Source of the DNA: an uncultured delta proteobacterium
GTDB lineage: Bacteria > Desulfobacterota > Desulfobacteria > Desulfobacterales > UBA11574
DNA length: 64,000 nucleotides
NCBI GenBank assembly: GCA_963731025.1
Contig: CAVSVL010000016.1
Location: 60,354 to 124,353, forward strand
Direction of reading: 5' to 3'
How positions within the stretch are numbered: position 1 is the first letter of the stretch; the number at the start of each line of letters is the position of its first letter. A program made the translations under genes and the position numbers. Of the stretch, positions 20,110 to 29,498 are shown piece after piece. The notes beneath the pieces are model-generated. The model worked only from the letters and a program-made list of their open reading frames with translations. It was not told where the DNA came from and did not search any database.

Positions 20110-21491
20110 GGTTTGTTCCTTTTTAAAGCTTTGACCATCAACACGGCCCCATTAATTGACGGGGACACCGGAACTCCGTTGAATTCAAATCCCTCGATGA
20201 GCATGCGGTAGCGTTCCACATGAGGAACGTAGGCGATCAGGGGTTTGTTATGGCGCTGGCAGACCCGGCCAAGGCGGGCGCTGAGATCAGAGGTGACTTC
20301 CGGCGTGTAAGGCAGCAGCAGCAGAATAATGGCGTCCAGCTCCTGAGACCGGGCCAGGTGTTCGGCGGCGGCCATAAAGTCACCGTCTGTGGCACTGCCG
20401 GTTAGATCGATGGGATTGGTCAAAGCGGCAATGGGCTGCACGCTTGAGGACAGATCGGCACGAATTCGATTCTGCTGCTCTTGATTGAAGGCCGGAATGG
20501 ACAGGCCGTGCCGGATGCAAAGGTCCACTGCCAGGGCCCCGTGCCCGCCGCTGGGGCTGATAATACCCACACGACCGTCGATGGGTTCTCCATAGCAGCT
20601 TAGAGCCTCACAAAAAGAGACCAGCTCCAGTTCATTGACCGCTTCGACGATGCCATGCTGGACCAGTGCTGCTGAAAAGACCGCGTAGTCGCCGGCCATG
20701 GAGGCGGTGTGCGAAGAGACGGCCCGCATGCCTTCGCTGGTCTTGCCGGATTTCAAAACGATCACCGGTTTTGGGCATCGGCGGGCGGCCTGCACAAACT
20801 CGCGCCCCTCTCCGTGGGCAAACCCTTCGATATAAAAGGCGATCACCCCGGTGTCCGGATCTGCGGCCAGATACTCTAGCAGATCCAGTTCCCGAATAAG
20901 GGCCTTGTTGCCGATGCTCACCCCCAGGGAAAAGCCGATCCCTTGTTCGGCGAATTTGGTTATTTGATCCACCAGCACACCGCCACTCTGGCTCACCAGG
21001 GCCACATTACCGGACTCGGGCCGGACCATGCGTTCACTGGGGATGAAAAAGGTGTCGATGTGGCCGGGAACATAGATGCCCAGACAATTGGGGCCGATAA
21101 ACGGAAACCTGTGCCGCCGGGCCAGATCGGCAAGCTTTTTCTGCAAGTCCAGGCGTCCGATTTCGGCAAAACCCCCGGAAATGATTATGGCCCCGCCGAC
21201 GCCGGCATCTATACAGTCTTTGAGGGTGTCGAAGGTATATTCAGCTCGCACGGCGATAATCGCCAGATCCACGGGCTGCGGAATTTCCTGAATGCCGGTG
21301 TATACTGTCTGCCCGAATAAATCGCCGCCGCCGGGGTTGACCGCAAAGACATCCACCGGGTAGCGCAGGTGGATTTTGTTGAAAATAACGTTGGCCGGAT
21401 GGCGTTCCCGTTTCAGGGAAACCCCTATAACCGCCGCGGTTTTTGGTTGAAACAGACGTTTGAAATCCCAGGCTTCGGGCCGTGATTCCAT
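20103..21491 (-). CDS. ADP-forming acetyl-CoA synthetase, CoA-binding/ligase (alpha) subunit
   Basis: PKTAAVIGVS..., GPNCLGI, SQSGG, SHTASMAG. Start trimmed to MESRPEAW (21491). Confidence 0.8.
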   Translation of the reverse strand: MESRPEAWDFKRLFQPKTAAVIGVSLKRERHPANVIFNKIHLRYPVDVFAVNPGGGDLFGQTVYTGIQEIPQPVDLAIIAVRAEYTFDTLKDCIDAGVGGAIIISGGFAEIGRLDLQKKLADLARRHRFPFIGPNCLGIYVPGHIDTFFIPSERMVRPESGNVALVSQSGGVLVDQITKFAEQGIGFSLGVSIGNKALIRELDLLEYLAADPDTGVIAFYIEGFAHGEGREFVQAARRCPKPVIVLKSGKTSEGMRAVSSHTASMAGDYAVFSAALVQHGIVEAVNELELVSFCEALSCYGEPIDGRVGIISPSGGHGALAVDLCIRHGLSIPAFNQEQQNRIRADLSSSVQPIAALTNPIDLTGSATDGDFMAAAEHLARSQELDAIILLLLPYTPEVTSDLSARLGRVCQRHNKPLIAYVPHVERYRMLIEGFEFNGVPVSPSINGAVLMVKALKRNKPC

Positions 21492-21623
21492 TGACGGGCC
21501 GTTTGAAGGTTCACAGGTATTTTGCAATGTTTTTCTCCGGATACGATACTTAGATTGCGGGTTTGTTGCACGCAAAGAAACGAAAGCTTTATTTAACCAC
21601 AGATAAAGGCTGATAATCAAGGA

Positions 21624-22541
21624 TCAAAGGTGACCCCAATGCTTTTTAATGTTATGAACGGTTCTGGAGAATTCTTTTTTAAACTGTTCGTTCTCCGCCT
21701 TTGAAAACTCGTTAAAATTTACAATTTCCAATTCCCTCATCAGACTCAGAAGTTCAAGAATTTGTCTTTCGGCAAGTGTATTGGATTGAGCAATCCTGTC
21801 GGATTTGTTTTTGATATTTTGAATCGACGAAACAGCATCTTTAAATGGGTCGTCGGGATCGCTGAAGCGTTTAAGCAAAATTTCAAAAATTAGCGTAAAA
21901 ACAGCATCGACTCTGTTACTTTTTATCAGTGTGGGGCTGTGTAAAAAAGAGACGTCTTCCTGGACGCCGGCGGAGTCTTTTCCTATATCCATTATTTTTT
22001 CAAACCAGTTAATGGTGTATCTCATATAATCATCCCGGTGCCATGGTCTCTTTTCCCAGATATGAGTCCTTATGACCTTGGTCAGATCGACAATACACGC
22101 CTGGGAGGTATCATAATTATAGGTTCCAATTAACGCTCCGGATTGAAAAATGTCGACTCCGGGATTTTTGGCGTGCTCTGATATTTCTGCGCATAAAATT
22201 CTTAGATTTTGGCCGGGTCTGGCTATCAGAATTTTATAGGATGGCTTTCCCTTGTCTATTCGATGGAGTTCATCCGCGGATTCAGGCGGAGCAACCTTTC
22301 CGGCAATAGATGGCGGTAAAAAAGCGGCATGAAGGTTGGGACTCAGATCAACCGCCTCCAGGGCGGCCATGAAAACAGGAAAGTCGTCATTTCCCAGCGG
22401 CTGAACAGGAACCAATATTCCGGGTTCCATATGCGGTAAAAAGACATTCAGTATTTCCTCAAGCCCTCCTTGCCAGTGGGCACTTCTGGGGTCTTTTTTT
22501 TCTTCGATCCATTGTTTGATTTTATCGTGTATCCGCTCCAT
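21624..22541 (-). CDS. hypothetical protein
   Basis: Start MERIHDKIKQW preceded by AAGGAG. No family recognised. Confidence 0.55.
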   Translation of the reverse strand: MERIHDKIKQWIEEKKDPRSAHWQGGLEEILNVFLPHMEPGILVPVQPLGNDDFPVFMAALEAVDLSPNLHAAFLPPSIAGKVAPPESADELHRIDKGKPSYKILIARPGQNLRILCAEISEHAKNPGVDIFQSGALIGTYNYDTSQACIVDLTKVIRTHIWEKRPWHRDDYMRYTINWFEKIMDIGKDSAGVQEDVSFLHSPTLIKSNRVDAVFTLIFEILLKRFSDPDDPFKDAVSSIQNIKNKSDRIAQSNTLAERQILELLSLMRELEIVNFNEFSKAENEQFKKEFSRTVHNIKKHWGHL

Positions 22542-22712
22542 TAAGCGCTCCTTCGTCCTAAATTGAATGGTCGTTACCTTTGACAATGTTTCATTACCAT
22601 ATTATATATTTTAAATTTTTAACATAGCCAAAAGGTGAATTAGATTTCTGATTACAGAAAACAGTTACGGGAAAAACTGGAGGGACTGTCAAGAAAATGG
22701 CAATCAAAAGGG

Positions 22713-23162
22713 TTGCCTTCCAGGTCCGGGCTTGAAAAAGCAGCCGGAGATTTGCGTGAATGGAAAGTAGAAACAAGCTGTTCGGGGTTGTGGGACATAC
22801 CTCCGTTGATGATGACAGCCACCCTTGACGATGGCCTGGGCCATGGACTTGAAGTTATCCGGTTGTTTTCTGAAGCAGCGGGTCTTGAGATCATTGAACT
22901 CGGGCTTCTTGTGACGCCTGAAAAAATCATCACCGCATGTAAAAAATACAAACCTGATTTATTAGGATTAACCGTACTCCAGTTTGATTCAGAGGAAAAC
23001 ATTTTAATGATAAGCAAAAACCTCCCGGAACGAACAAAAATAATTGCAGGGGGACCGGTTTTTACGGGAGATCGTGAATTTGCCCGGCGGGCAGGCATCC
23101 ATTTCGCAGCAAAGAATGTCGCCTATTTTATCCAATTTCTGCTTCAGGTTAAAGAGGAGTAA
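22713..23162 (+). CDS. cobalamin (B12)-binding domain protein
   Basis: MMTATLDDGLGHGLEVI...KPDLLGLTVLQ...IIAGGPVF, a Rossmann-like B12-binding pattern. TTG start is uncertain. Confidence 0.6.
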   Translation: MPSRSGLEKAAGDLREWKVETSCSGLWDIPPLMMTATLDDGLGHGLEVIRLFSEAAGLEIIELGLLVTPEKIITACKKYKPDLLGLTVLQFDSEENILMISKNLPERTKIIAGGPVFTGDREFARRAGIHFAAKNVAYFIQFLLQVKEE

Positions 23163-23181
23163 CCTGTACCTATCTTAACCT

Positions 23182-23343
23182 TTTCAAAAATTTGAAACGC
23201 TCAGCTTCGGTTATATGGAAAAGACGTCTAAATCTTAAACAGCTCTTTTTGACCCCCAAAAGGCAGGTTTAAGAGCGTTTCAAGCCTATTTTTTAACCTC
23301 TTTGTCAATTATTATATATGGTTACCGTGGTCCGACCCCAGCT
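23182..23343. repeat. ~160-bp dispersed element, family 3 (ends ...GTTACCGTGGTCCGACCCCAGC)
   Basis: Near-identical to 33541-33665. The 5' module TTCAAAAATTTGAAACGCTCAG also occurs at 10178 and 36918. Internal IR TTGAAACGCTC / GAGCGTTTCAA. Confidence 0.7.
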
Positions 23344-23358
23344 CTGGAAATATATTTA

Positions 23359-23580
23359 TCATCTGGCTATCGCATTCATATAACACTCCAAATGTTTCTG
23401 CCACTTTGTAACTTTTTCATCTTCATCCATCTTCTCAAAGAAGTCCCGCTTTTCATCTATTTCCATATCTCGAATCTCAGCAAAGGTGCATTTTTTACGT
23501 TTACCCTTGTACGGGCAGTCTTTAAAAACATTTAACAGTTTGTCATCAAGATCTTTAGTGGTCATAAGAAACCGTGTCAC
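23359..23580 (-). CDS. small hypothetical protein
   Basis: 73-aa charged ORF abutting the antiporter stop. Confidence 0.4.
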   Translation of the reverse strand: MTRFLMTTKDLDDKLLNVFKDCPYKGKRKKCTFAEIRDMEIDEKRDFFEKMDEDEKVTKWQKHLECYMNAIAR

Positions 23581-24788
23581 TCCCCTTTAATACCGAGCTT
23601 GAGCATAAGCGGTTTCATGGTGATTCCTTGCACAACTAACGAGAAGAATACACAACCAAACCCTGCCAGCAACAACACCGGACGCCACCTTACCAGTAAA
23701 CCTTCATTGGGTAGATTAAGCAGCAAAGCAATCGGTATCGAGCCCCTCAAACCTCCCCAGAATAGAATGTGGTTCCATCTCTTCGGTCGCTTAGTACCTA
23801 CCTGATTTAGCAACCAGTAGAAACTGTAAGAAACCGCTGCGCGTGCTATCAGCATCGCAGCAATGGCAACAAACACCGTCATCCACATAATATTTGCCGG
23901 CACTTCGCGTAGCTCCAGGCCGATCAAGACAAACAGGAGCGAATTGATCAAAAAACCTATGGATTCAAAAAATATTTCAACCGTATTCGTCGTCTTTTCA
24001 CTCATCGAGAGTCTCCGGCCAAAATTACCTATCATCAATCCGGCCATCACGGTTCCAATTACCCCGGAAAGGTGTATTACTTCCGCCAACCAGAATGACC
24101 CGTAAGCCAAAACAAGACAAAGCGCATTTTCCAGCAGATGATCCTCTATATGACGCATGATCTTAAAAACGATCCAGCCGAGTACTGCCCCCAAGAGTAG
24201 CCCCCCGACGGAAACCTTTACAAATTCATATGCTGCCTGGGCAAATCCAATTTCTTGCCCACTCAGCACGGCCTTGAGCAGGATCGTGAACAACACGACT
24301 CCGGTTGCATCATTAAAGAGCGACTCTCCTTCCACTATTGTCTTTAGATCTTTAGGTGCCCCCACCTCCTTGAACAACGAGAGAACACTCACAGGATCTG
24401 TTGGAGATATCAAGGCACCAAAAAGTATCGCCACCATCATTGAACTGATACCACCCAACCATCCGACAAGTCCTCCCACTAACAGGGTTGATACAATAAC
24501 GCCCGGCACTGCCAAACACACAATCGGCCAAAACTGCTCCAAAAGATCGTTTAGGTTCATGTGAAACGCTCCCTGGAAAAGCAACGGTGGCAAAAAAACA
24601 AAAAATATTAGATGATACCCAAATCCAGTCTTCTCAATTTCCGGGCCAATACCCAGGACACCTATCAACAGTCCTACCAGAGTCAGAAATATCGTATACG
24701 GTAAATGCGTTACCATCTTACTGACAATCGCCACCGCACATGCCAGTAACAACAGCCCGATATATATTCCAACCGCATGCTCGATCAT
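23577..24788 (-). CDS. Na+/H+ antiporter (CPA1/NhaP-type)
   Basis: About 11 TM helices, ...ISPTDPVSV..., ESLFNDATGVV. Start trimmed to MIEHAVGIY. Confidence 0.8.
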   Translation of the reverse strand: MIEHAVGIYIGLLLLACAVAIVSKMVTHLPYTIFLTLVGLLIGVLGIGPEIEKTGFGYHLIFFVFLPPLLFQGAFHMNLNDLLEQFWPIVCLAVPGVIVSTLLVGGLVGWLGGISSMMVAILFGALISPTDPVSVLSLFKEVGAPKDLKTIVEGESLFNDATGVVLFTILLKAVLSGQEIGFAQAAYEFVKVSVGGLLLGAVLGWIVFKIMRHIEDHLLENALCLVLAYGSFWLAEVIHLSGVIGTVMAGLMIGNFGRRLSMSEKTTNTVEIFFESIGFLINSLLFVLIGLELREVPANIMWMTVFVAIAAMLIARAAVSYSFYWLLNQVGTKRPKRWNHILFWGGLRGSIPIALLLNLPNEGLLVRWRPVLLLAGFGCVFFSLVVQGITMKPLMLKLGIKGE

Positions 24789-24960
24789 CTTGATAATCCC
24801 CGCTTTATTTCTTTTCTTCAACGCAAGGCAATAGAGGCAATACGATCTGATGCATCTCGCTATTGCCGCCAGACCGGCATCTCCAGCCACTGCAAAAATC
24901 GATCTTATTACAGATATCGCTTAAAGGCCTTTGTCAAGTCAAGCAAATCTTAATTCTTTC

Positions 24961-25026
24961 GGTAATCGATCCCCGGGCAATCAGATCCATAATGGACAGC
25001 AAAAGAAAGGGGTTGTGAGGTGCCTG
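24961..25026 (-). pseudogene. relic fragment of the HNH 'reader' nuclease gene family (codons ~29-50)
   Basis: Minus strand reads QAPHNPFLLLSIMDLIARG; compare APHKPFLLLSIMDLIAQG at 50440-50500. Confidence 0.6.
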
Positions 25027-25183
25027 CAATCAACAATCCAATGGAGATCCCCAATATTTCCGTCCCCAATATTTCTTTAGATTTTTTACGAAGTGGTTAT
25101 TTTTTTCGCTTGACCATCCATTTAATGGATGTCACCATTTACATAACGACGATAAATCACACCAAGCCTCGTTGAGGATGGAC

Positions 25184-26269
25184 ATGAAACTCAAAATCAG
25201 ACCTTATCTTTATACCGGGAAAACGATACCGTTAACTGTCTTTTTTCTTTTCTTTATTGCCATTAATACAGGATGTACAGGCCATAATGACGATCTTCCA
25301 AAAAGTGGTGGAATAAAGTTTGTCAGCGATCAGGCAGCGCTCCTCTCAAAAGCCGAGAAAGACCATATTACACAGCTCACCAGTGCTCTCTTAAAGGATA
25401 TGGATATCCATATCATGGCTGTTGTGCTGAAAGAAAGTCCGAAAGATATTGATCAAAAAGCGGTTAAACTTTTTCAAGAATATGGCGTAGGCCGTACAAC
25501 CAATGGCGCTAAAGGCGTTCTTTTTCTCATAGACCCTCTTGGGAAACAAGTCAGGATTGAAATCGGATACGATCTTGAACCCATATTCACGGACAGCTTT
25601 ACAGGATATATTGAAAGAAGACAGATGACGCCGTTTTTTCAGGCCAATAAAGTGGGGCCGGGGATCGAGGCCACTGTTGAACTTTTGGTCGGAAAGGCAC
25701 TTGGAAAAATAGAAACCTTGAATTACACTGATCCGGAAAGCAAGCAGCAGACCGGTCAATTTCTATCTGGAGGAGGAGGTTCTCGATTAGATGTGGAAAT
25801 CGGTTCAAGGAACATTGAAAAAAAGGTTTCTTCTCTGGCAAACAAATATCAAGCCCAGCCATCGGTACATGATACGCTTGATAAATATATTGAAGTACTG
25901 CAGCTGCATGTCAAAGATCCCAACCTTGGCATTTATACTCCCGAAACAAGAAAGTTTTTTAGCAGCTGGGTGGTGACCGACGCCCAACAGGACAATGAGC
26001 TTCAAGTCATAAATCGTGCGATGCCCACTGCTGATATTTTTACCAAAGACAATTTGGCTGTCGTAATGTTTGCTCCTGATCTTCGTCAGGCATCGCCGTT
26101 TTTTCTTGAAAAGGGCGGCCGGGGATGGATGTTGGATTTTGCTTCAATGAGTAAACTTATTGGGTTCAATCATAAAAATCAATGGCACTTGCGGCGAAGA
26201 AACCACAAATATATGTTTGGGCTTAAAGGAGTTAGTTTTGATAAAAATGGTTTTCCACATAAAAAATAA
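25184..26269 (+). CDS. TPM-domain (TLP18.3/Psb32-like) protein with signal/TM
   Basis: FVSDQAALLSKAEKDHI...IHIMAVVL...GVLFLIDPLGKQVRIEIGYDLEP. Confidence 0.7.
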   Translation: MKLKIRPYLYTGKTIPLTVFFLFFIAINTGCTGHNDDLPKSGGIKFVSDQAALLSKAEKDHITQLTSALLKDMDIHIMAVVLKESPKDIDQKAVKLFQEYGVGRTTNGAKGVLFLIDPLGKQVRIEIGYDLEPIFTDSFTGYIERRQMTPFFQANKVGPGIEATVELLVGKALGKIETLNYTDPESKQQTGQFLSGGGGSRLDVEIGSRNIEKKVSSLANKYQAQPSVHDTLDKYIEVLQLHVKDPNLGIYTPETRKFFSSWVVTDAQQDNELQVINRAMPTADIFTKDNLAVVMFAPDLRQASPFFLEKGGRGWMLDFASMSKLIGFNHKNQWHLRRRNHKYMFGLKGVSFDKNGFPHKK

Positions 26270-26294
26270 ACTTAAAATGTTAAGTGCGTCCCCC
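26265..26294 (+). repeat. REP-like element, family 1
   Basis: AATAAACTTAAAATGTTAAGTGCGTCCCCC. Confidence 0.65.
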
Positions 26295-26451
26295 ACTTTC
26301 CTTGAAATTTTCAACCTAAAAAATAATGGGAGAACCGGGGAGTTTTAAAGGTTGAATGAAACGTGTCCATTGACAGCCCGGCTCGCCTATGGCAAGGTAA
26401 TCTCAACCTAACCTTTCAATTTATTTTATGGGTTTTTCATAGGAGGTTGAG

Positions 26452-26796
26452 ATGGAAATTAATAGAAAAGTCGAGGACATTCCGTGGACACCCCACCCCG
26501 TCATTCCTGGAATTTCAATAAAGCCCCTGATTTCTTCCAAAGAGCACAATCTGAACGTCACTTGCATGTTGGTTAATGTGCCGGTCGGCAAAGAAGTTCC
26601 CGAACACATTCATGAAAAACAGGACGACATCCTTTTCCCGTTGAAAGGAAAAGCCGTTATGTGGGTTGAGGGCGTGGGGGACTTCACGCTTGAGCCCGGG
26701 TTGATTGTCAGGGTTCCGCAAGGGAAAAAACACAAGATATTTAATATTGTCGAGGAGCTATTAATCTATGATGTTTTCTTCCCTGCACTGATATAA
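26452..26796 (+). CDS. cupin-domain protein
   Basis: AGGAGG RBS. GKEVPEHIHEKQDDILFPLKG...VPQGKKHK. Confidence 0.7.
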   Translation: MEINRKVEDIPWTPHPVIPGISIKPLISSKEHNLNVTCMLVNVPVGKEVPEHIHEKQDDILFPLKGKAVMWVEGVGDFTLEPGLIVRVPQGKKHKIFNIVEELLIYDVFFPALI

Positions 26797-26826
26797 AAAG
26801 TCCCTTCATTCACGGTCGACTAAGTT

Positions 26827-27006
26827 TCACCCATGCACAATTTTTTTCAGGTTGTCAAGACAAGAGCACAGAACGACGTCTAAAATCATTCCATTTTTTT
26901 CAAATCTGTCTCTTGCTTTCTGGTCAGGAAGAAGTTTTTTGAGGTCAATTTCGCACAGGAGTTTTATCGAATCTTTTTGTTGATAAGAAAGAATGAACCT
27001 TGTCAT
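26827..27006 (-). CDS. small hypothetical protein (59 aa, below ORF-track cutoff)
   Basis: MTRFILSYQQKDSIKLLCEIDLKKLL... Its ATG overlaps the stop of the upstream MerB-like gene (ATGA). The first ~25 codons are repeated at 47256-47335. Confidence 0.45.
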   Translation of the reverse strand: MTRFILSYQQKDSIKLLCEIDLKKLLPDQKARDRFEKNGMILDVVLCSCLDNLKKIVHG

Positions 27007-27467
27007 CGGACCGGCCAGACCTCGCCGATAGGTGCATACCCCATTATACCTTCCGGTTCAGCATTCTGGATTGCACCGTTCTTCATTTTAACTGTTATGG
27101 ACGAACCGCAATCCAGACAGGGAGCATCAACCTGTATTGTTTTATCTGGAAAAAGCCAGCTGACCGCCAGCGATTCGAATCCTCATTGGGCGAACCACTT
27201 CTGTTGGCCATCGATAGTTATGCGATATTGGGTGGGAAGACTGCTGAACGGTGGAAACGAACAAATGTAGTCGGTTTTTGGGAACAACCAGCCGGGGAAA
27301 CCGGGTGAATAAAGCTCATGCAAGGCTTTTCGCCCTTCCTCTAACGGCACATCCATTTCGGCTGCAATTTCTGTGTAGTGTGGCGCCTGACCTGTTTCCA
27401 TCATGCGTTTCATGATGATTTGAAAAATTTTGTCTAAAGGATCAAGGTTTGACCCCACTCCTCTCAT
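27003..27467 (-). CDS. MerB-like (alkylmercury lyase family) protein, candidate selenoprotein (TGA at 27185-27183)
   Basis: Track ORF ends ...QQKWFAQ at a TGA, and the same frame continues GFESLAVSWLFPDKTIQVDAPCLDCGSSITV...EPEGIMG to the TGA at 27005-27003. FAQ-U-GFESL aligns with MerB YAW-C96-ALDTL. The start codon is uncertain. Confidence 0.55.
27159..27171 (-). promoter_or_regulatory. candidate SECIS-like hairpin
   Basis: On the mRNA, 11 nt after UGA: GCUG-GCGGU-CAGC. Spacing and GGU loop resemble the fdhA hairpin. Confidence 0.4.
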
Positions 27468-28692
27468 TTTCTGCCCGTTCGGCGAATACCCGGAAACGGC
27501 GTGCTTCTTCCTCATTTCCCATCGAGGCATATATTCGGCTGATCTTCTGAAAATATAACGGAGCATTTTCCGGATCATCCTGTGCCAGGGAAAGATACAT
27601 TTCCATAATCGCTGAAGAATGCTGGCCTAAATCAAAGCTGATATCTGCGAATCTTCGTTTGATCAGAGGATCGATGCGGCTATGACAGCTGCGGCACTGA
27701 TTCATGATTTCGGCATACAGATCCCGGGCGTTTTCAAGGTCTCCCAATGTCTCCAATGTGCCGGCAAGCGCAATCGATAGTGATTCGTTCCATCCGTAGG
27801 CCTCCATGAAATCCTGATAGCAAGAGGCGGCTTCCGGATGGCGCCCGGCCTGAGACAGGGTTTCGCCTCGGAGCAGGACATAGGCCAAAGAGTGTTTAAG
27901 GTCATCCGGGCAATCGGCAAGAAGGGTTTCAGCCTGATCAAAGGCCCCTATTTCCCAGTAAACCTCACAAAGCACCTGATAACCCGGCAGGGCATCCGGA
28001 TGATGTTGGAGAAAGGTCTCCAGCAGACGGCGGGCTTCATCCAATTTCTTCAGGTTCAGGTAGGCCGTGGCCAGCTCAAGGGGAATCATTGAATCCGGGG
28101 CAGCGTTCTCCTCCAAGGCCTGAGACAGGTCATCGGCTGCAAGGTCAAAGTCTCCCCGGTTCAGCGCGAGATAACCGGTTTTAAAGGACCGCCCATAGGA
28201 AAGGTAGGCCTCCTGAACCTCTTCGGGCAGTGTACTGCAGAGTGCCATAAAAGTCTCTTCATCCTGATCGCCGGAGTATGTCTCGTCATCGGCGAGGGGA
28301 GTCTGGTCAGATTGGGGCACTTCCATTTGAATATCTCCGGCTGTGAGGCGTGCAATCTCATGCATAAGCTTTTCAACAGCGGATATCAATGCAGGGTCCC
28401 GGGTCAAGTCGAGGGCCAATTGAAGAAATCCCTGCGCTTCATCGTAATATTCGGTCTCCATCAAATCTTCACCGGCCTGCCTGTGTTCAAGTGCCAGGGC
28501 CTCTTTGGCCTGAACCAGTTTATCCCGAAGCCTTGTTTCTGAAGCATCATCAGACGATGTTTTTTCCAATGCGTCCAGGGCCTTTTCGAATTCAAGCTTT
28601 GCCCTGCCCCAATCGGAGGCCTTTAAAAAAGCATCACCCTTCTGTTCGATCTTTTCAGGATCTTGACTGAAAAATTTTTTGAGAAGCCCCAT
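27442..28692 (-). CDS. tetratricopeptide-repeat protein
   Basis: 416 aa, repeated A/Y/L-rich TPR-like helices. Confidence 0.7.
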   Translation of the reverse strand: MGLLKKFFSQDPEKIEQKGDAFLKASDWGRAKLEFEKALDALEKTSSDDASETRLRDKLVQAKEALALEHRQAGEDLMETEYYDEAQGFLQLALDLTRDPALISAVEKLMHEIARLTAGDIQMEVPQSDQTPLADDETYSGDQDEETFMALCSTLPEEVQEAYLSYGRSFKTGYLALNRGDFDLAADDLSQALEENAAPDSMIPLELATAYLNLKKLDEARRLLETFLQHHPDALPGYQVLCEVYWEIGAFDQAETLLADCPDDLKHSLAYVLLRGETLSQAGRHPEAASCYQDFMEAYGWNESLSIALAGTLETLGDLENARDLYAEIMNQCRSCHSRIDPLIKRRFADISFDLGQHSSAIMEMYLSLAQDDPENAPLYFQKISRIYASMGNEEEARRFRVFAERAENERSGVKP

Positions 28693-28819
28693 AAGCTCAG
28701 AACCCTTTTGTCCTTATCAAGAACTGTTACCTGACCCCCTTATTTTATCCGAAATAACTACAACTAATCGGGAGATGATCCTTGCTCCAACTCCAGCCGA
28801 AAATCAAAACGGTATACGG

Positions 28820-29053
28820 CTACACTTTCAAACAGAACATGGTGTGTGTATCTCTAATGCCGCTAATGACTCTTATTCGGTCATATGTCACAGAAAGTAT
28901 ACTGGCGTCATCAGGAGTCTGTACCTCTGCCACGATATCAAAACGCCCGGCAGCCAAATAGACATTTACCACGCCTTCGATTTTCTTGACTTGACCAGCG
29001 ACCTCACGGTCGACACCCGGATTTGACTTAATTAGAATAATTGCCTTTGCCAT
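28820..29053 (-). CDS. Lrp/AsnC ligand-binding-domain-only protein
   Basis: 77 aa, MAKAIILIKSNPG...VYLAAGRFDIVAEV. GGAGG RBS. Confidence 0.65.
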   Translation of the reverse strand: MAKAIILIKSNPGVDREVAGQVKKIEGVVNVYLAAGRFDIVAEVQTPDDASILSVTYDRIRVISGIRDTHTMFCLKV

Positions 29054-29264
29054 GATATACCTCCTTTCAAAGTAAATAACTCATTGTTGCCAGATCGTTA
29101 ACGGTAACTATGCTGCTGATTCAGCTTCAGAGGAAGTTTTCGGTGCTGGGTATGAAAATTCTATACTCGATCAAGAGTCAGATCAGACAATAATTGGATC
29201 GCAAGAATCAGCTTTCAATTCAATTGGATAGATACATCAATGTACTTGTATGGTCAAGAAAAAT

Positions 29265-29374
29265 AGCAGAAAGGGTTTGTGAAGTGCCTGATAGGTGGTG
29301 AGTGCAGGCCAGCGTTTACGGTTTTTATCAGTCCGCAGGCGGGAAAAGCTTTTGAGGTATTGATCAAGAGACAT
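29265..29374 (-). pseudogene. 5' fragment (~36 codons) of the HNH 'reader' nuclease gene with its upstream region
   Basis: Minus strand reads MSLDQYLKSFSRLRTDKNRKRWPALTTYQALHKPFLL, then diverges. About 90% DNA identity to 50478-50587. Confidence 0.7.
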
Positions 29375-29468
29375 TCCATCTCCCGGCTTTTAGAATGCGT
29401 GCTGTGTTTTATATTTCTTCTTGTCGGGCCGAAGCTTTCAGCAAAGGCTGATAATCACTATAAAGGAA

Positions 29469-29498
29469 AATAAACTTAAAATGTTAAGTACGTCCCGC
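29469..29498 (+). repeat. REP-like element, family 1
   Basis: AATAAACTTAAAATGTTAAGTACGTCCCGC. Confidence 0.65.

Noticed and set aside
22652-23098. 148-aa minus-strand ORF.
   Set aside because: It is antisense to the B12-binding-domain gene, which has a recognisable fold pattern. Its composition is Ser/Pro/Arg-rich.
29279-29473. Conserved plus-strand ORFs (..LIGGECRPAFTVFISPQAGKAFEVL..) at 29279, 50399 and 51692.
   Set aside because: The conservation comes from repeated DNA. The opposite strand encodes the genuine N-terminus of the HNH gene, with RBS and ATG, and that frame continues into a full gene at 50587.
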